Assembly: GCA_965649825.1 (NCBI GenBank)
Contig: OZ287702.1
Span: 186,001-250,000 of the forward strand
Reading direction: 5' to 3'
DNA from: Penicillus capitatus
Lineage: Eukaryota > Plantae > Chlorophyta
DNA: 64,000 nt
A model generated the notes under the pieces. That model was not told where the DNA came from. It made no database searches and worked only from the letters and a program-made list of their open reading frames with translations. The number at the start of each line of letters is the position of its first letter. Position 1 is the stretch's first letter. Shown here one piece after another: positions 62,493-64,000 of the stretch. The position numbers were made by a program, and so were the translations under genes.

Positions 62493-64000
62493 TCATGGAG
62501 CAGAACACATTGAAGCTTTTCGGAAGCTTGGATTGTACGACAGATTTAGGGAGAGTGCACTGCACGGCGTATCGAGATACTCTTCTGGGTGTGGAAGAGT
62601 CCGTCTTACGGGCGCCGTGACATGATGGCTTCGACTAATCGAACGGCAGATGAGCAAGCGACTTGTGCATCTTCTTCTGAGGCATAGACGCCCATGGTAT
62701 GCATAGCTGTACCATCCCAAACCACGGCGTTCCACTTTGAATAGTTGACCATGCGATGAATCAAGCCGAACTGATTCCGACTGGATCCAAGAATGACTTT
62801 GGCTTCTTCGATGTCGCTTCCGGCAACGGTCTCAGAAATGACGGAAGATACATGGAGAGGTGGTTCATCATTCTGAGAGGATTGAAGGATTGGAACGGGC
62901 AGTCTGTCAGAGAAGGCCGATGTATCCAATGTCTGCGCTACTGGACGCTTCAGCGGAAGTTGTGGACCAGCAGGCGTCAACCCCATCCGCTGCTCTGCTG
63001 AATCATCTCCCCCCTTAGGCAGTACATTCTTGAATGCACTTTCATTGGTGCCAAATATTGATGCTTGATCCACCGCCTCCTTGACACGGGTACTAAACTA
63101 CAAGCATTGCAAAACCAACCGATCATTTTACTCAGATGAGATGCGGAGAGTCGTACGGCTGGTGTGGTGATGCTCGGTGTCTTGATGGGTCGCGGCGGTT
63201 GATTGGTGGAGTTCGGGGTTGTCGAATTGGTAGCTTTTGCAATTCCGCTTGGCAAGAAGAAAAATGGCGATCTTTCGAAGGGAGATCCGAGATTTTGGAT
63301 GTGTCCATGTGTTAGATCTCTCCCCGATGGCGCGGGTGGAAACTCTTGCTTGATTTTGGTTTGGCCGGCGATCGCAGGATTCGACAGAAAAGCGCTATTT
63401 AGAAACCGCTGTTCTGCTCGATCGAATGCGCGTTTTCCAAATCCTGCTTCTTCATACCGGCCACGCTTGACGGGTACCTGTATAGCTGCGAACTGTGAAG
63501 GATGAATTTTCTTCATTGGAGTGCCAGTAAATTGCCGAAAAGGAGTTGGCTTCGGTCGAGCAGCTCCACTCATGTATTTCTCGACCAGATGTGGTGGCGC
63601 ACCACCTTTCCAATCCGCTTCGGCATAGCTGTCCACACTAGACCACACAGAACCATTCCTTCAGCAGTGTGTGTGCATTGTGTACCTGAAATTCAGTTTT
63701 GTATTCCTGCCTCTAATCTGCAAGGCTGCTAAATCAAATGCTCTTGCTGCTTCTATGTCCGAAGTAAAGCTTCCAAGATAGATGTAGCGGCCTCCGTTAT
63801 TGATTGCCGCCTGCCACCGTTTATTCTTTTTGTTCCAACATACACCACGAAAGCGAGAAGATCGAGTCTTGGTCGTCTGGGTTAATAATGGTTAAAGTGT
63901 GTAATGGTCGATATCATGTATAATGGCGATGTGACGTCGTACCTCTGGCGTAGAATTGGAGGTATTCTGCGGTTCTCGCGCCACGTTATCGTGCGGGGCG
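62493..64000 (-). CDS. AP2-domain transcription factor (5' part outside the window)
   Basis: SRFRGVCWNKKNKRWQAAINNGGRYIYLGSFTSDIEAARAFDLAALQIRG...LNF at about 63680-63865; a degenerate AP2-like segment near 62650-62770; last exon ends at 62493. Confidence 0.88.

Overview
Very compact, intron-rich eukaryotic nuclear DNA in the standard genetic code. It is most likely a flagellate-stage chlorophyte green alga: there is an AP2-domain gene and ciliary WDR78/MKS1/MAK-type genes; the lineage is inferred, not determined. About 22 host genes are packed with gaps often under 100 nt and carry ~42-60 nt introns: F-box/LRR, ankyrin-BTB, NDUFA12, SEC3, FHA, RPT6, SET, WDR78, UTP20, RlmD, EF-hand/WD40, LONRF, PDE, P5A-ATPase, CNNM, Fes1, MKS1, MAK, 5-oxoprolinase, AP2 and two hypotheticals. 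The main anomaly is a 5.27-kb Ty3/gypsy retrotransposon (30922-36189, minus strand). It has identical LTRs of only 73 bp and a 4-bp TSD, and it sits in the last exon of a bacterial-type RlmD methyltransferase, displacing the DLFPQTSHVE motif. Its coding region is split into four ORFs by one in-frame TAG and two -1 frame offsets, and it carries a degenerate dUTPase-like segment. Secondary signals are frequent GC-AG introns, a recurrent GATGTGAC octamer in introns in both orientations, and tandem gene pairs 22-36 nt apart (candidate polycistronic units). Exon boundaries were reconstructed by eye, and family calls rest on recalled motifs rather than database searches.
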